The notes: generated from the letters alone by a model not told the origin. A stretch of 63,286 bases of DNA, filler included, from Sluysia triapertura (GCA_046118255.1; 5 parts of 5 records of this genome joined end to end with filler, not necessarily neighbours in it), one strand, 5' to 3'; positions 25,593 to 39,216 are shown, numbered from the whole stretch's first letter. Numbers and translations are program-made.

Positions 25593-26689
25593 ATGTCCGT
25601 AAGAAGTTAGTTTTTGACATAAATATTTGAGTTTTTAGAGGTAAAAAAGTTATTTAAATATGCTTTTTATGGATCAGGAATAATATTATCTTACAATTAT
25701 TTACAATATAGACAAAATAATGATTATGTTGTTGATGAATTTACTAAAACTCTTCCAGTACTATTATGCTTTTATTTAAATACGTTTAGGTCACGTTTTA
25801 CAGAATATTACCTATGTGTTATGTATCACGTTTAGTGGGGAAAATATCGGAAATTGATTTACCTATTTCGTTTCGTGAACCTGTATTAGGTGGAATTGCA
25901 AATTTATTAAAACTTAACATGTCAGAAGCACTATTGGAAGATTTTAAAGATTACAAATCTTTAAATGAGTTATTTATTCGTCGATTTAAACCAGACTGTC
26001 GTGAAGTCGATCGTTATTCAAATATCATCAGCCCTTGTGATGGAATGATTTTACATTGTGGATTAATAGATCCAAATACTGATACAATGGAACAAGTTAA
26101 AGGCGTTCGATTTACTTTAAATGGATTTTTAGGTGGTAAAGAAATGGTTGATAAAAAAAAATTATATTATTGCATAATTTATCTGTCACCGAGTGCAAAT
26201 CATAATTTCTATTCACCAGTAAAGTGGAATGTAAATTTAAGACGCTATTTTCCTGGTTCATTAATGTCTGTTAGACCAATATTTTCAAAATTATTACCAG
26301 GTTTGTTTTCAGTAAATGAACGAGTAGTTTATTTTGGTAAATGGGAATATGGTGATTTTATTATGTCAGCAATTGGTGCTACCTTTGTTGGTAATTTGAT
26401 TGTTAATTTTGACCCATTATTACCAACGAATTCTAGTAAACAATATTATCCAATTCCACGTAAACGAGGTGAACCAATTCCTGCTCCGAAGCAATATCGG
26501 CCAGAAATTTGGGAAAAATGTTTCATTGATAAACATATTGATTTCGATAAAGGTGATCATATTGGTTATTTTAAATTAGGTTCCACAATTGTGCTTATTT
26601 TTGAAGTACCATCAAATCGATCTTTTGAATTTAGTACAAATTCTGGTGAAACGATTTTAATGGGCAAAACTTTGGGTAAATTAATGTGA
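25593..26689 (+). CDS. PISD: Phosphatidylserine decarboxylase proenzyme (mitochondrial type); exons 25593-25605, 25639-25757, 25790-26689
   Basis: Motifs SLNELFIRRFKP, SPCDG, QVKG, LFSVNERVV, IGATFVG and the self-cleavage motif FKLGSTIVLIFE. Two GT-AG introns (33 and 32 nt) restore the frame to MSVRKVKKLFKY..., a basic N-terminus followed by a short hydrophobic segment. Confidence 0.93.
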
Positions 26690-27424
26690 CAAGAATTTTG
26701 ATGATTTTATGTAGTGTTAGAATTTACTTATAATTTTGATATGCAATTTTTTTGAGAATATATAATTAATTAGTTTTTATTGAATTATTAGTAGAAAGTT
26801 AGAGAGCAAGTGTTCGTGGTAACATATGACTGCAAAATTCGATTTAAAAATAGTAATTATTGATGGTTAAAATTCAGTTAATAAAAGATATGTCGTAATA
26901 TTTAGTCTGATTCTAAAGAATATTGCCCATAAAGGCTTTAAATCGGAAGGCCGATTTTGTGATTGATGTACGTATTGAAAATTTAGATACTGTGTAAAAG
27001 GTTCTTGTGTTGACGATTTATTAGATCAGTGAAAGTAAAATTATTGGAGAAGTCTGGCTTAATATGCAAAGAATTTCAGAAAAGAAACCATAGTATGAAT
27101 GTGATGAAATAGTTGAATTGTGTGGAATAAATGCGATAAGAGTTGGAGGTGGTTATTAGAAGCATTTCTGGATGAAGAGTCGATAATAGTAATTTAATTC
27201 GAAAAAGGATTACATTTCTTATAAAATGGAAATTTTGATTGAATGATCCACTGTTACTTTATTTAAATTACTGTGCAAATCAAACACAATTTCTTCGATT
27301 TATAAGAAATTGGAATTCATCAGTCAAGTTTCGTCACGTTCCTTATTTCTAAAAACTTTACATTACTTTATCTTTTTCAATAAACACACATTATTTTAAA
27401 ATAATATATTGTAACATTATTTTC

Positions 27425-27756
27425 CCTATATGCCCATCACTTTATACATGTGTGTGTGTAATCGATAGACTCAAAAACCATACATCCAATTACCGTGAAC
27501 ATTTGGGAAATTATTGGGTATAGCCCCGGAAGGATTTTGAAAATTTTTTAAAAGCAGAATTGGTGTTCTAGGTACAACCATGGTAACCATGAATATATAT
27601 ATGTTTTGTACATATGTTATATTCAAATGACATATATGTCGGGATAGTTTTATTGGTAATTTTGATATATTGTATGCATTTGATCATTAATAAATTATGA
27701 TTGATGTATCAAAACTGCCTTTTTTAACACGGCAATGCGTGAACGGTTACAGCTAG
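27425..27756 (+). mobile_element. Non-autonomous Helitron-like element
   Basis: A 3' hairpin CACG-GCAATG-CGTG lies ~10 nt before CTAG|T. The 5' part has a (TG)n tract. The 5' boundary is uncertain. Confidence 0.55.
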
Positions 27757-28072
27757 TAAACTATAAATATATTACTTATGTAAATAATACGTAATTAAAA
27801 ATAACTTACTAATATTTTTTATGAAATATTTTTTGGAAGACTTATAATATTCATCTCCTAGCTATACAAGACAAATAAGAGTCGATATTAACGACTCTTA
27901 GCAAATTATACGAAATATAATGGTCCGCCTACGGTATACGGTTTAAACCTAAGATGATAGCAGTTAAAGGTTCGAGACTACTCCTTGTGATCCTATCTCA
28001 TTATTCAATAAGTTATTCCTTCAAAATATTCCTATAAATTATAACTTCGGCAATTACTGATTTGTACGTATT

Positions 28073-28233
28073 TGTTAGACTTCTTAAAATGGACTGACCG
28101 GGGATCGAACCCGGGACCATCGTCTGCGCAGTCCGACTGCTCTATCACTGAGCTATCATCCCCGTCTAACGATTTTATTTTTAATATATTCAACTATACT
28201 ACTTGGCACTTTTTAGGCCTTTTTGCCCCAACA
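28073..28233 (-). mobile_element. tRNA-LTR element, copy E: full-length 161-bp solo LTR
   Basis: TGTTGGGGCAAAAAGGCC...GAAGTCTAACA, with an internal tRNA-like unit at 28162-28090 (TAGCTCAGTGA, GGTTCGATCCC). The flanks TATT/TTAT are not a clean TSD. Confidence 0.85.
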
Positions 28234-29081
28234 TTATCATGATGTTCTGAAACTATATATTCTAATCTAATCCTTCGAACAGGTTCCTGAAACTCTCTAA
28301 CAAGTAATTTCCGCAATACTGATTCTTTTTTTAATAATCGTTGCAATTTCTTGTGTAATTTATATTTTTGAGCTACACCTTCTTCATCCATTAAAAACTT
28401 TGCTTCATCACTCATTTCGCGACTCAATGAAATAAAATCATTCAATGATTTTTTTGTATTCGAAATTCCCCCAGTCAATATATTGTATTAAAAATCCTTG
28501 TTCATTACCGAATTTCAATATTTTACTCGATATCATAATAAATCTTCTATGCATTGTGTGAGGTATATATTTCTTCTATTGTATAAGTTATCTGTAAAAT
28601 TAGTATATTTTATAGCTAATGAATCTATGCATCTCTGTATTTTACTTGATTTATCTTTCATAGAAGACGTGCACTCTTGGACATAGAAATCTTTAGACGA
28701 ATGAAATAAAGTAATGTACACATGTTTCGTAAACTTAAGACCACAGCGATTACCACTGGAAATCGAATCACTTACGTTGTCCTTATTATTTACGTCCTCA
28801 GAATGTAAATGAGAAGCATTATTTTTACATTGTTGAATTTCTTTATTTTCTTTACTTTCATGGTGAAAAATAAATTCATTAGAAATAACAGGAACGTTTT
28901 CATCAAGTAAATACGTGCGAACATCTTTGCCACTTAAATTAAATGATATAAAACGAATTAAACATTTATCAACATATTCCGGTCCTAAAATTCTATTAAG
29001 AAATGGATCCTTTTCAAATGTTGTGGTGATAGAGGATGAGATGTATGTTGTGTGTTGAAGTGTGACATCACAGAACTCCAT
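28234..29081 (-). pseudogene. Interrupted coding region of unknown family
   Basis: Two consecutive protein-like ORFs (182 and 94 aa) in very AT-rich DNA. The second runs into tRNA-LTR copy E. No domain recognised. Confidence 0.45.
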
Positions 29082-29432
29082 TAACTTACTTTTCTTTTAA
29101 ATTTATCTTATAAAAATCCAACAGCTGGCCCTAGCAGGCAAGTCAGTACTTTAATATTACCATTTTATTACCATCTTTAAAAATATAAAATAATAACACA
29201 TTTTAATATTCACTTTCAATAATTTTAAAATAGATAAATAAATAATATATTAATAATTATATAAACGTTTAATGAATATTTTGTTTGGTTGCTTCATTAC
29301 ACATTGCTAGAATAAGATGTTCTGAGAAAGAAGAACCAATAATATGCTTTATTCATAAAAACTTTTATAACCACATATATAAGGAATGGTTGCATGCATT
29401 CCGTAAGGCTCTACAATAATAATAATAATAAT

Positions 29433-29486
<54 letters not shown>

Positions 29487-30129
29487 CGAGCCCCATAAAA
29501 AAATTTTAATTAAATTAAAATATAAATCAATAACTTATTTTTCGATACAATACTTTCAAAGAAAACTAATATAAGGTAGATATAAATAAATAAATAATAT
29601 TATTCAAAATCAATCATCCATAAAAGAGAATGATTACAAATAGAAAAAATAAGATAGAATGAAAATTAGTCAATATAATATCAGTGCTTTTTTTACTGAT
29701 TTAATATTTATTGATATTTTTTCAAAAAAACACACTTATGATGTTACATTTAAGTAAATGGACTTTAGCAAAAATATTATTTTAAAATAAAAGGTAAGTA
29801 ATAATACATAATTATGAATTATGTTTAAATGAATTAAAAGATTTAACTAAGAGATTTCTAAATAAAAAATATTTTCGTATTTTTGCTATAGTTAAATTAC
29901 AAATCAGACTTAAATATATTTTGTAGAAAAATAAGCTATTTCTATACGAAAACTTAGATTTTTAAAAAGCAATTATCATAAATGCTTTAAAATTCATTAA
30001 AACATTTTTGAAGTGCGATGTTATAATATATAGTTAATTTTCAAAATTTGAATTTCTTGATAGATACTAAGAACGAATGTGAAATAAAAGATGCTGTGAT
30101 ACGGGGAATAATGAAGAAAATTCAATCGA

Positions 30130-30300
30130 CTGTTCTATTGGAAACCATTGTAGGAAGGTGGAGGTGGTGATAGTGCAAAGATATATCAAGACCATCTCTA
30201 TAGGCATAAAGAAACATATTTGGAGATGTAAAAGAGCGCTTTTGAACTTATAATTGACGATAATATGATTGAATACATAAAAATATGCACTGAAACAAGA
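30130..30300 (+). mobile_element. piggyBac transposase N-terminal remnant
   Basis: Translates in part to SAFELIIDDNMIEYIKICTE, resembling the piggyBac F.LF.D..I..I...TN block. Stops and frameshifts surround it. Confidence 0.5.
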
Positions 30301-31739
30301 TAATTTGTCCATTACACACCTTTCTGGCAATTTTGTATGACCAAGGTCTAAGAAATAATGAAGCTATGTTTTTTCACAATGTCAGAGAACTTTTTCGATA
30401 CATACACTTCGATAAAAATAACAAACGAAGTCAGAGATTAAAAACGCACTAATTTTCAGTAATTTCTTGTTTCATACAAGCTAAAGTTCATGCTACAATT
30501 CAATAAATCAAACGTAGACTCCATATATTGATTAAAAATCGTTAATAAAAAACACAAAATTTAGTATAGTGGAGTATGTATAATTACAGTGATGTAAGGT
30601 AACCCTGTTCAGGATAGGCATCACATTTGATGGATTTCAAATTTTCACATTCTTCTGTGACTAAATCTATACCAACTGCCTCACTTGAAGTACCAAACAA
30701 AGATGTAGTTTCAGATTGACCAATCACAAACTAGCTACTACTCTTATGAAACTCTCTTTTCGATTAATTAAGTTACGTAATGAGCAGATAACTATCGGGA
30801 TATCAGCAGATATTATGAATGATGCTATTTTATTATCCGTATATGGTTTATGATCGATGTTGGGTCTGAGCAAATTCGGAAGTCCACATACTGCCAATGA
30901 ATTAGCCAATTCGAATGAAGCAAATGTTGTGTAAATAAAATGATGAAAACTAAGTGTCGTCAATTTCAAAAACGTTTCACTTAACTTTTTCATAGTTTTC
31001 GTTACATATTTCAAAGAATCCAAATTCAGAAAATTAATGATACATTCATAGTTAAATATTTTTTCGGTGATAGGACTATACATAACTATCAATCTTTAAT
31101 TTTCTAAGAAGCTGCGTTTTTTTCGATGTTCATATAATAATATTTTGTAACATAGTTGAAAGATTTATAACAGAATTATTCTTTTTTACTTTTGTTTCGT
31201 TTCTTTTTTCTTTTGGTTTGAAATGTGATTCGATATCGTAAGTATACCTTGTTAAAGCAATTTAATACCAACTTCAATAATCAAAATAGAAGGAATTAAA
31301 ACATAGTTTTAACATTGAGTCTTGACAATATTTGAGTTTGTTATTGAACTAATAGTGCTAATGGTGGTAACGATAATAATATCGACAATCATAGTTCATA
31401 AAAATCGCAATCTAATAGTGTTAAACTGAAATAGATGAATTAGATTTATATAAAACTTTTATGAGTTTACTACATGAGTCAACAAATCTACCACTTCAAA
31501 GTTAATGTTTGGTAATGAAGATATGGTGATTGGTGTGATGTTATGTAATGGTGCATATGGATTGCGTTATGATATGTATTTAAGATGAAACCGTGGTATA
31601 TGACACCTATTTTTGTTGTATATACAAACATAATTTATATTATAACAAATTAACAATAATATTTAATAAATAAAACACGAATAAATTATTATTTATTTAT
31701 AGTTTCCAATGTTAATACACTTTTACTTACTATATTGCA

Positions 31740-32227
31740 TTTAGTTAAATAAATCTCGTTCCAAAGTATAGGACACAATGTATTGTATTTTATTGATGTT
31801 TCCGAGTTTTTCAATACCGCTACACACCCTTTTGTCATCGAATTAATCAATGTACTTATTGCATTATTTAACTCAGATATATTGTTATATGGTTTTCCTT
31901 GACTGTATACCTTAAAGGATAAATTGAGGTCAGGGGATGTTGCTGGCCACTCTAACACTTTTAATCCATCTTCATTGAATTTATTAAGTGTAGTTTTAGA
32001 TCGATGACAAAGAGCGTTATCTTGCTAAGAAATGACATTTATATTTTCTTGAAGTTTGACATACGGAACTACTACTTCTTTTATCAAGTCATAGTGCCTA
32101 CCGCCATTAAGAATTGATGAAACCATACGTAAAGCTAGATTTTTATCATAAATTATGGCACCTCATACCATAACTGATCCTCCACTACAAATTCTCTTAA
32201 AAAATATTTCATTTGAATCTTTTAGAT
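31740..32227 (-). mobile_element. Tc1/mariner transposase pseudogene
   Basis: GGSVMV*GAI...*QDNALCHRSK...KVLEWPATSPDLN motifs with in-frame stops. Confidence 0.9.
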
Positions 32228-33430
32228 CACTGGTGTCAAACACGCGGCCCTCGGACCACATGCGGCCTGATAACAATGTATAAAATAATTTTATTTTAGG
32301 ATTAGATTGAAATTTTAATTTAAACTATTTTTAAGAATTTGAATATGCCGCCTATGGCATTTGCGTTTTTTGACAGTTTCTTCGTAGTTATAAATTGCAG
32401 ATATTATTTGCCTACTTTATTAAAACTCATCAAATAATTAACCGTAAGTACTAATTAAATTAGAGAGCATTCAAATTGGAGTAAAAAATCAGATAAGTAA
32501 TAATCAAAAAAGGTAACAAAATACGTGAAAAATCAAAGTGTCAGTGTTTCAATATTTACAAAATTGGTTCAATCATAGATTTTTGTTTAAAATCTTGATA
32601 AGGTGTTTAATTTCTAAAGACATGTTTATATTGCATATAAATAAAACAATGTTTTTTATTTTTATTTTTCAGAAAATAAAAATTATGCATGATTGTAAAA
32701 AATAACAAAAAAGATCAATACACGGTGAACAAGAATTTTTCGACCAAGATAGGAGTTAAATTACTTTTTTATAGAGCTCTTCATGTTTAATTTGTACACA
32801 GACTATAAATGTTTTGAAAGAATATAATTTAAAACGCCATTATGATATGCATTCAGAATATAATCAATATACGGGAAAAATCAGAGAAGACAAGTTAAAA
32901 AATTAAAAAGTGAACTTAAGTCAAAACAATCAAAAAATTGTTTGAAAACTCCGAAGGTCAAGTTCAAACTAGTTTCATTATTTCGGAGCTTATAGCCAAA
33001 CGTGCAAAATGTTTCACAGACGGTGAATTTCTTAATGAGTGCATGTTAAAAACTGCAGAAGCACTCTTTCCCGAAGAAGTCAAAACTATTCAAGGTATTT
33101 CACTATCAAGAAGTTGTGTTGCTGAGAGAATTAATGATATCGCTACTGAATATTAGTCAAAATCTTGATAATAATTTGAGAAATATTTCACATTTTTCAA
33201 TTGCAATTGATGAAACTACAGATATTACCGGTCAAGCGCAACTTGCTGTCTTTATTCGTGCTTGTGACAAAGATTTTACTGTGACTGAAGAACTCTTTGA
33301 CATTTTATCTCTTAAAAACACCACTATGGGTGAAGACATTTTTGAATCCGTCGACGAGCTTTTAAGTAAATATAATCTTCCTTTATCTAAATTAGTTGTG
33401 TAGCTACAGACGTGAGAAAGCAATGACAGG
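32228..33430 (+). mobile_element. hAT (Buster/SPIN/GTF2IRD2-like) transposon 5' part, decayed
   Basis: Terminus CACTGGTGTCAAACACGCGGCCC..CCACATGCGGCC, BED finger CLIC..KEYNLKRHY..H, IAKRAKCFTDGEF and FSIAIDETTDITGQAQLAVFIR, with frameshifts. Confidence 0.92.
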
Positions 33431-33444
33431 AAGATAAAAATGAG

Positions 33445-33790
33445 TATAAAGATGTAAAGGAAAAAGGTAAATTAATTAAAAATTTCAGCTGGACAGATAC
33501 TCAAGAAAATGCTTTTCAAACATTCCTGGTTATGGAAAAACCATTTATACTCATGACGGACACGAGTGACTTCGCAATAGAAGCAATATTGAGACAAAAG
33601 AAGACGAAAGAGTGCGTCATTGCTTATCAAAGTGACAAACTCATGTGAAATACATTATTCAGTCACATGAAGTGTCTAGCGATCATTTATACTTTTAGAC
33701 AATTCATACCATATTTATTACCACATAAAATATATTTATATCAGACCATAAATCCCTAATGTACTTAAGAGATATCAACATTTATACGAA
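33445..33790 (+). mobile_element. Gypsy RT-connection/RNase H remnant
   Basis: FSWTDTQENAF, KPFILMTDTSDFAI.AILRQ, VIAY.S, YSVT and CLAII...F.PYL, all broken by indels. Confidence 0.85.
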
Positions 33791-33879
33791 TCTTATGAAG
33801 TTGACCGATTGAAAAATGGACAATCAGAACAGCCTTAATGTAATACAGACGATGTTTGGTATTTCTGTAGTAAATATTA

Positions 33880-34166
33880 TTTCATTATTTCGGAGCTTAT
33901 AGCCAAACGTGCAAAATATTTCAGAGACGGTGATTTTCTTAATGAGTGCATGTTAAAAACTGCAGAAATACTCTTTGCCGAAAAAGTCAAAACTATTCAA
34001 GGTATTTCACTATCAAGAAATTGTGTTGGTGAGAGAATTAATGATATCACTACTGAATATTAGTCAAAATCTTGAAAATAATTTGACAAATATTCAACAT
34101 TTTCTAATTGAAATTGATAAAACTACAGATATTACCGGCCAAGCGCAACTTTCTGTCATTATTCGT
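33880..34166 (+). repeat. Duplicate of hAT transposase segment 32973-33260
   Basis: Direct, highly similar copy from TTTCATTATTTCGGAGCTTATAGCCAAACG to CAAGCGCAACTT.CTGTC.TTATTCGT. Confidence 0.92.
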
Positions 34167-34527
34167 TTGGGTAATGGCATTTTAATAGATTTTTTTATAT
34201 TTTTATTGTGATTTACGAAATATTCTATTTTAAATAAAATTCTGGTTATTACTTCTTTTATTTTGTCTTTTACATTACTATTGAATATTATTTCAAAATT
34301 TAAAATTGCATTACAAATTATATTAATCATATAAAAGAATTGAACTAATAACATTTATTTCTAAATTGAATAGTTAAAATTCTATTACGTATACGTCTAC
34401 TTCTGCATAAATTTCTTACGTTCTGACATGTTTCACTGTCTAAAGAAAATTTGATATAATCATGATCATCATCTACAAACAAAATAAATATTACTTTATT
34501 AAAGTTTACTTTATGATTATTACTTAC

Positions 34528-35045
34528 AGCTTACGAGAGCATAGACTTGATACTTTTATTTAATTCTAAGATTTGTCTATTGTTCATCCCATGTAAGTAA
34601 TTACAATCATCTCCGTATTTTAAACAGATTCACAATTCATTTGAAGAAAAAGGACAGAAAGCGAGGTTACAAATTAAAAAACTTGTTTTGATTTTTGCAT
34701 TCTTGTAGATATAGTGATATGAAAAGAGACCGCTTCGTAATCTTCAGTGACACTGAATCGCTGGATAACTTTTGCATTTTTCTTTTCTTTATTTCTATTA
34801 TCTTGATCACAGTTAATGTTTTTCAGGTGATCAAATATCAGATCGCTATATATTTTATAATATTTATAAAAATCATCAAAATTAATCTCTTTATAGACTT
34901 TTAAAAACATATTGTTATGTGATAATTTCACAATACGTATTGTATTATTCAATTGATATTTCGGACATATACTGTAGCAGAATTCGGACATATACATGGC
35001 AGCCCACCTATTCGGAACAATCAAAATGGAGAGCAGCATACTCAC
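34528..35045 (-). pseudogene. Decayed gene with a C-x9-C-x6-C-x3-H zinc finger
   Basis: 34656-34591 reads CPFSSNEL*ICLKYGDDCNYLH, downstream of the 123-aa ORF. A donor gtaagt is at ~34527. Confidence 0.55.
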
Positions 35046-35170
35046 TATGTCTCAGGATTAAACATTCATAGTTGCCTGAATTACTCTATGGTTGGTCACC
35101 GACAACTGTGGTAATCTTTTTTTACATTCGTAAGTAGGCACTTTCATACCGGATGATAAAGTTATAATAT

Positions 35171-35308
35171 TTAAAACATATTAACATATTTAAGTCTAAT
35201 AGTGTCATTAGGTTTTACAATATCTTGTGATATACATTCAAATGTACGACGACTATTTTCACTTCCATCGAGAGCAATAGCAATTTTTTGTCCAATTTCA
35301 AATGACAT
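35171..35308 (-). pseudogene. Universal stress protein (USP)-like N-terminus
   Basis: MSFEIGQKIAIALDGSENSRRTFE..DIVKPNDTIRLKYV matches the USP beta1-alpha1-beta2 pattern. The remainder could not be reconstructed. Confidence 0.6.
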
Positions 35309-35756
35309 CTTATTACTTTAATGAATAAGATTTAAATATACTAATTTATGAAAAGTTATTCTGATTTATTTCGATTATATTATTTTATTATTGTCACCAA
35401 AAAATTTTTAAAATCTCATTTTTGCATTATTTATGAAACCTTTGTAAATATTTTCTTTTGTTGATTGGTTATCCAACCAAATCATCCAAATAACATTTTT
35501 ACATAAGTGATTTTGGTTGGATAACCAATGTAATCAGAGTTTTGCCTTCAAGAGATTATAATGATGATGAAATAATAAACTGTGATGACTACCATCATCA
35601 TCAGTGACGCAAAATTGTAATTATAAAGCAAAGTGTCACTGCTGATGATGGCGATAACACAGCAGATTTTAGTCTTCGTAATTTTAAATTAATTTTTGCC
35701 TTGGAATGATAATAATGATTATGATTAAATGATAATAATAATAACGGCAATATTGC

Positions 35757-35820
<64 letters not shown>

Positions 35821-35923
35821 ATTAATTTTTTAAAAATTTAAAACGCATAAACTTTTGTATCTAGAAATGAACATGATCTTTTCTTTTATCTTTACTCTTT
35901 TCTCGACATATTAAATTTAATGA

Positions 35924-36023
35924 NNNNNNNNNNNNNNNNNNNNNNNNNNNNNNNNNNNNNNNNNNNNTTAATTAATTAANNNNNNNNNNNNNNNNNNNNN
36001 NNNNNNNNNNNNNNNNNNNNNNN
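35924..36023. other. Artificial contig spacer
   Basis: 44 N + TTAATTAATTAA + 44 N. Confidence 0.97.
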
Positions 36024-36367
36024 GTTGTGTTTTGCTTGACAGGTCGTACCATGTAAATGTCAAAGTCGTTTTAGTCGGTTTAATCTTTAAAAGAGGTTTT
36101 AATGATTCGCGTAAAGGTAATTCCTGATTGTAAGTTTGAGAGTGATTGGATAGTAAAGAGATATAAAAACGTGTCATTGTTCAATTTTAATGTTCAATAT
36201 ATATACTAAAATTATGTTGTATACTAAAAATAAATTTTATTGAAAATAATTGTAAATAATACTTAGTAAATACTTAGCAAATAATTGTAAATACTTAGTT
36301 CGAAAAATAAATTAGATTAATATTCATAGAATTTTAATAAAATTATTTTGGTATTATTATTATTATT

Positions 36368-36400
<33 letters not shown>

Positions 36401-39216
36401 ATTTATTATTTAGTATTATTGTTATTTATCTATTATTTAAAATCATAATTATACTTTTTAAATATTTCTTTAAACTGATCAAAAAATATATAGGTCAAGG
36501 TGACCATTTTTTCAATATAAATATTTCAAGTCAATATAATAAATCTCAATAAATTTTTCGTGGATTTCTATAAATCTTTGGTGAAGTTTTTCACAGTTTT
36601 CTCGGAACAATCACTTTATTTTGGAGCTTGAAGATTATCTTGTAAAAATCAGTTAGTTTGTTAATCGTAGGTTTTTTCATTTTTACTGATAGTAAATTAT
36701 AGACTTTAATTAAATATTTTTCGAACCCCTTTTTAAGGAGGTGGTAATTATTACTTAAAAAGATTATATTATAATCTTATTAAAATTGTATTCATATTTT
36801 GCTTATTATTAATTATTTCGTTAATATACTTTTCATCTTTATTTAAATTTCATTGAATAACTAATCCTAAGGTCCCCGATTTTAATCGGAGGTAAATTTT
36901 ACGAAAAAATCATAAACCAATTTGATAAAAGAAATTAAGGTACGCCGTTTTTACACGATCGAAAAATCCAGGTAAAATATTTTTGAAGTTCTTTGATATT
37001 TTTAGTAATTGAAAACTATCCTTCAGCGAATCGATTTTAAATTAACATTTACCTAAATTTATTGCATAAATAACAATGAAGAAGAATTTGTTAAGTCTTA
37101 AAGAACTAATATAAGTATAATTGATTACTGTACCTAATAGGTTAAATTTAAATTTAAGTTTTCTGCAGTATATTATCATCGAGAAAAATCTAATTTAGTA
37201 CCTCCATAATTTCTTCTAAAATATTGCTTACAACTTAGCCCTTAAGTGTGTAAGACTAAGATTGTAGGGAACTCACAGTTAAGGATAAATAAATCTTTCA
37301 TACTCTTTACGATTCACAATTATTAACAAACGAATACATAGAAAATTTTTCACATTACAACACTCGAGACAACGTTGACGAGAAAAAAGAAAATCCATGA
37401 TGATGGTAACATTTCTGTTTATTTTATAATTTTAATTAATTAAAATACTTTTATTTTGGAGAATTTTGTCTATTGATAAATTTAAATATTGTTTTGGGCT
37501 CCCTGTCCGAATTTCTATTATTTAACTATTATTTTAAGATTGAATTTTGATTCTTTTTAACTTTTAGCTGTTGATTTTAATTGAATAGTAGGAGACTTCT
37601 GCCCAAATTATTTTTACAATTTGTTTTTTTGGCTATTAAGTAAAAATAAAGCCACTTGACAAGACATAATACAACTGCTACTGACTCTAATTTCTGTGGA
37701 TATGGATATTTTAATTAATGTTTTTGAATACCTAATCCTTTTTAGTTAATTTACTCATTATTATATTTACTACTTATTATATTTGATTTTAATTTTTTCT
37801 CATGCTACATATATGACTTAATACAGTATTGAGTTTTCTTTTTTAATAAAAATAAATAATTTTTGTGTTGAATAAATTTCGTTATTTATAAGAAAATTGG
37901 TGATAAATTGTACTTGTTAATTGAATTTTCAAGGAGTTTAATATATAAATTAGAATTTTCATTTATTCTGTCAATATATTGAAATTTAGAGGATAATCAA
38001 CAATTAGTAACCATTTCACGATCACTGATGACATTAAAAAATTTAGAATTTAATTATTAAATTTTTGTCAATATTTTGGATTTACGACACTTGCAAACAT
38101 TTAATTTTCATTCGTTTTAATTGATAATTATTAAATTAAATTTGATAAATATTTAAGTGATACAAGAATATATCTGAAATTAAGCTTTTTTGAATTTTTA
38201 AGGTTTCGATTTAAAATTACTAAAATTAGATTAATACCCTATCAATTTAATGTACCATTAGGAGAATTATTACAAGAAAAAAATTTGATCCATAACAATT
38301 TTTAACAATCTTGCAGTTCCTTGTAATCTATAAACAATGGCGTATCCGTATCTATATTTTCCACTTATTTTTAATTTGAACTAGAGTCGTAAGATTTCTT
38401 CATATTTCACATTGGATTGGATACCCCTTAACAAATGGTATGCATAGAGCTTCATATGGTAAATCAATTTTCACCAATTTCTGCAGTTATATTTCTAAAT
38501 GGTAACAGTATCAAATGAAGGAATTATTTTTGGATACAATGTTTCACAACCTTCAAACTTTCAAATTTCTCATCAGATGCTTAATCAAGGCGACAGGGCA
38601 ATTCAGTATCAATTTTCCACACAATACTCTAAATCGATTCTATCAATAAAAATAACAACTTCATATTGGAAAATTAAACCAGAAAAAATAGACGAAATAC
38701 AAGTTCGATCCAATAATCCAATCCAACCTTAGTTTAATTATATTGTCAAACTTGAAAATAAGGAAATAAATTCATGTTCACAGTACGAGATTGATTATAT
38801 TTTCGTAGAACAATTTTCAAGTCAAATTACTGACAAAAAATATTAAAACAGACATTACTAGCAACAAAATAGATACACAATAATTCACAGCACGATAATT
38901 ATCACAAGCATACATCACATCACATTTGTTTGTCAAAGTCTGGTTCCATAGTTGGTTGAATTATTGACCAATCAATTAATGATCCAAATATGCTCTAAAT
39001 TATTTGATAAACCAAATTCTATTAATAGGTAAAACAAATGTTATATATACGAATCAGAACAGTTCGGGTATTGTAAACAAAATACTTCATACATACAGAC
39101 ATAGACAAAATAGAGATAAAACAAAATTTTAATTCGCATTATTATTTTTAATATGATCATCCAATGAAATAGGATCTGATTTAATAATATAATAACTGGA
39201 AATTAAAATCAAGGAA

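Noticed and set aside
38250-38830. WD40/BBS2-like gene (MVTVSNEGIIFGY)
   Set aside because: Similarity is too short and the frame has several stops; noted only as an unassigned relic.
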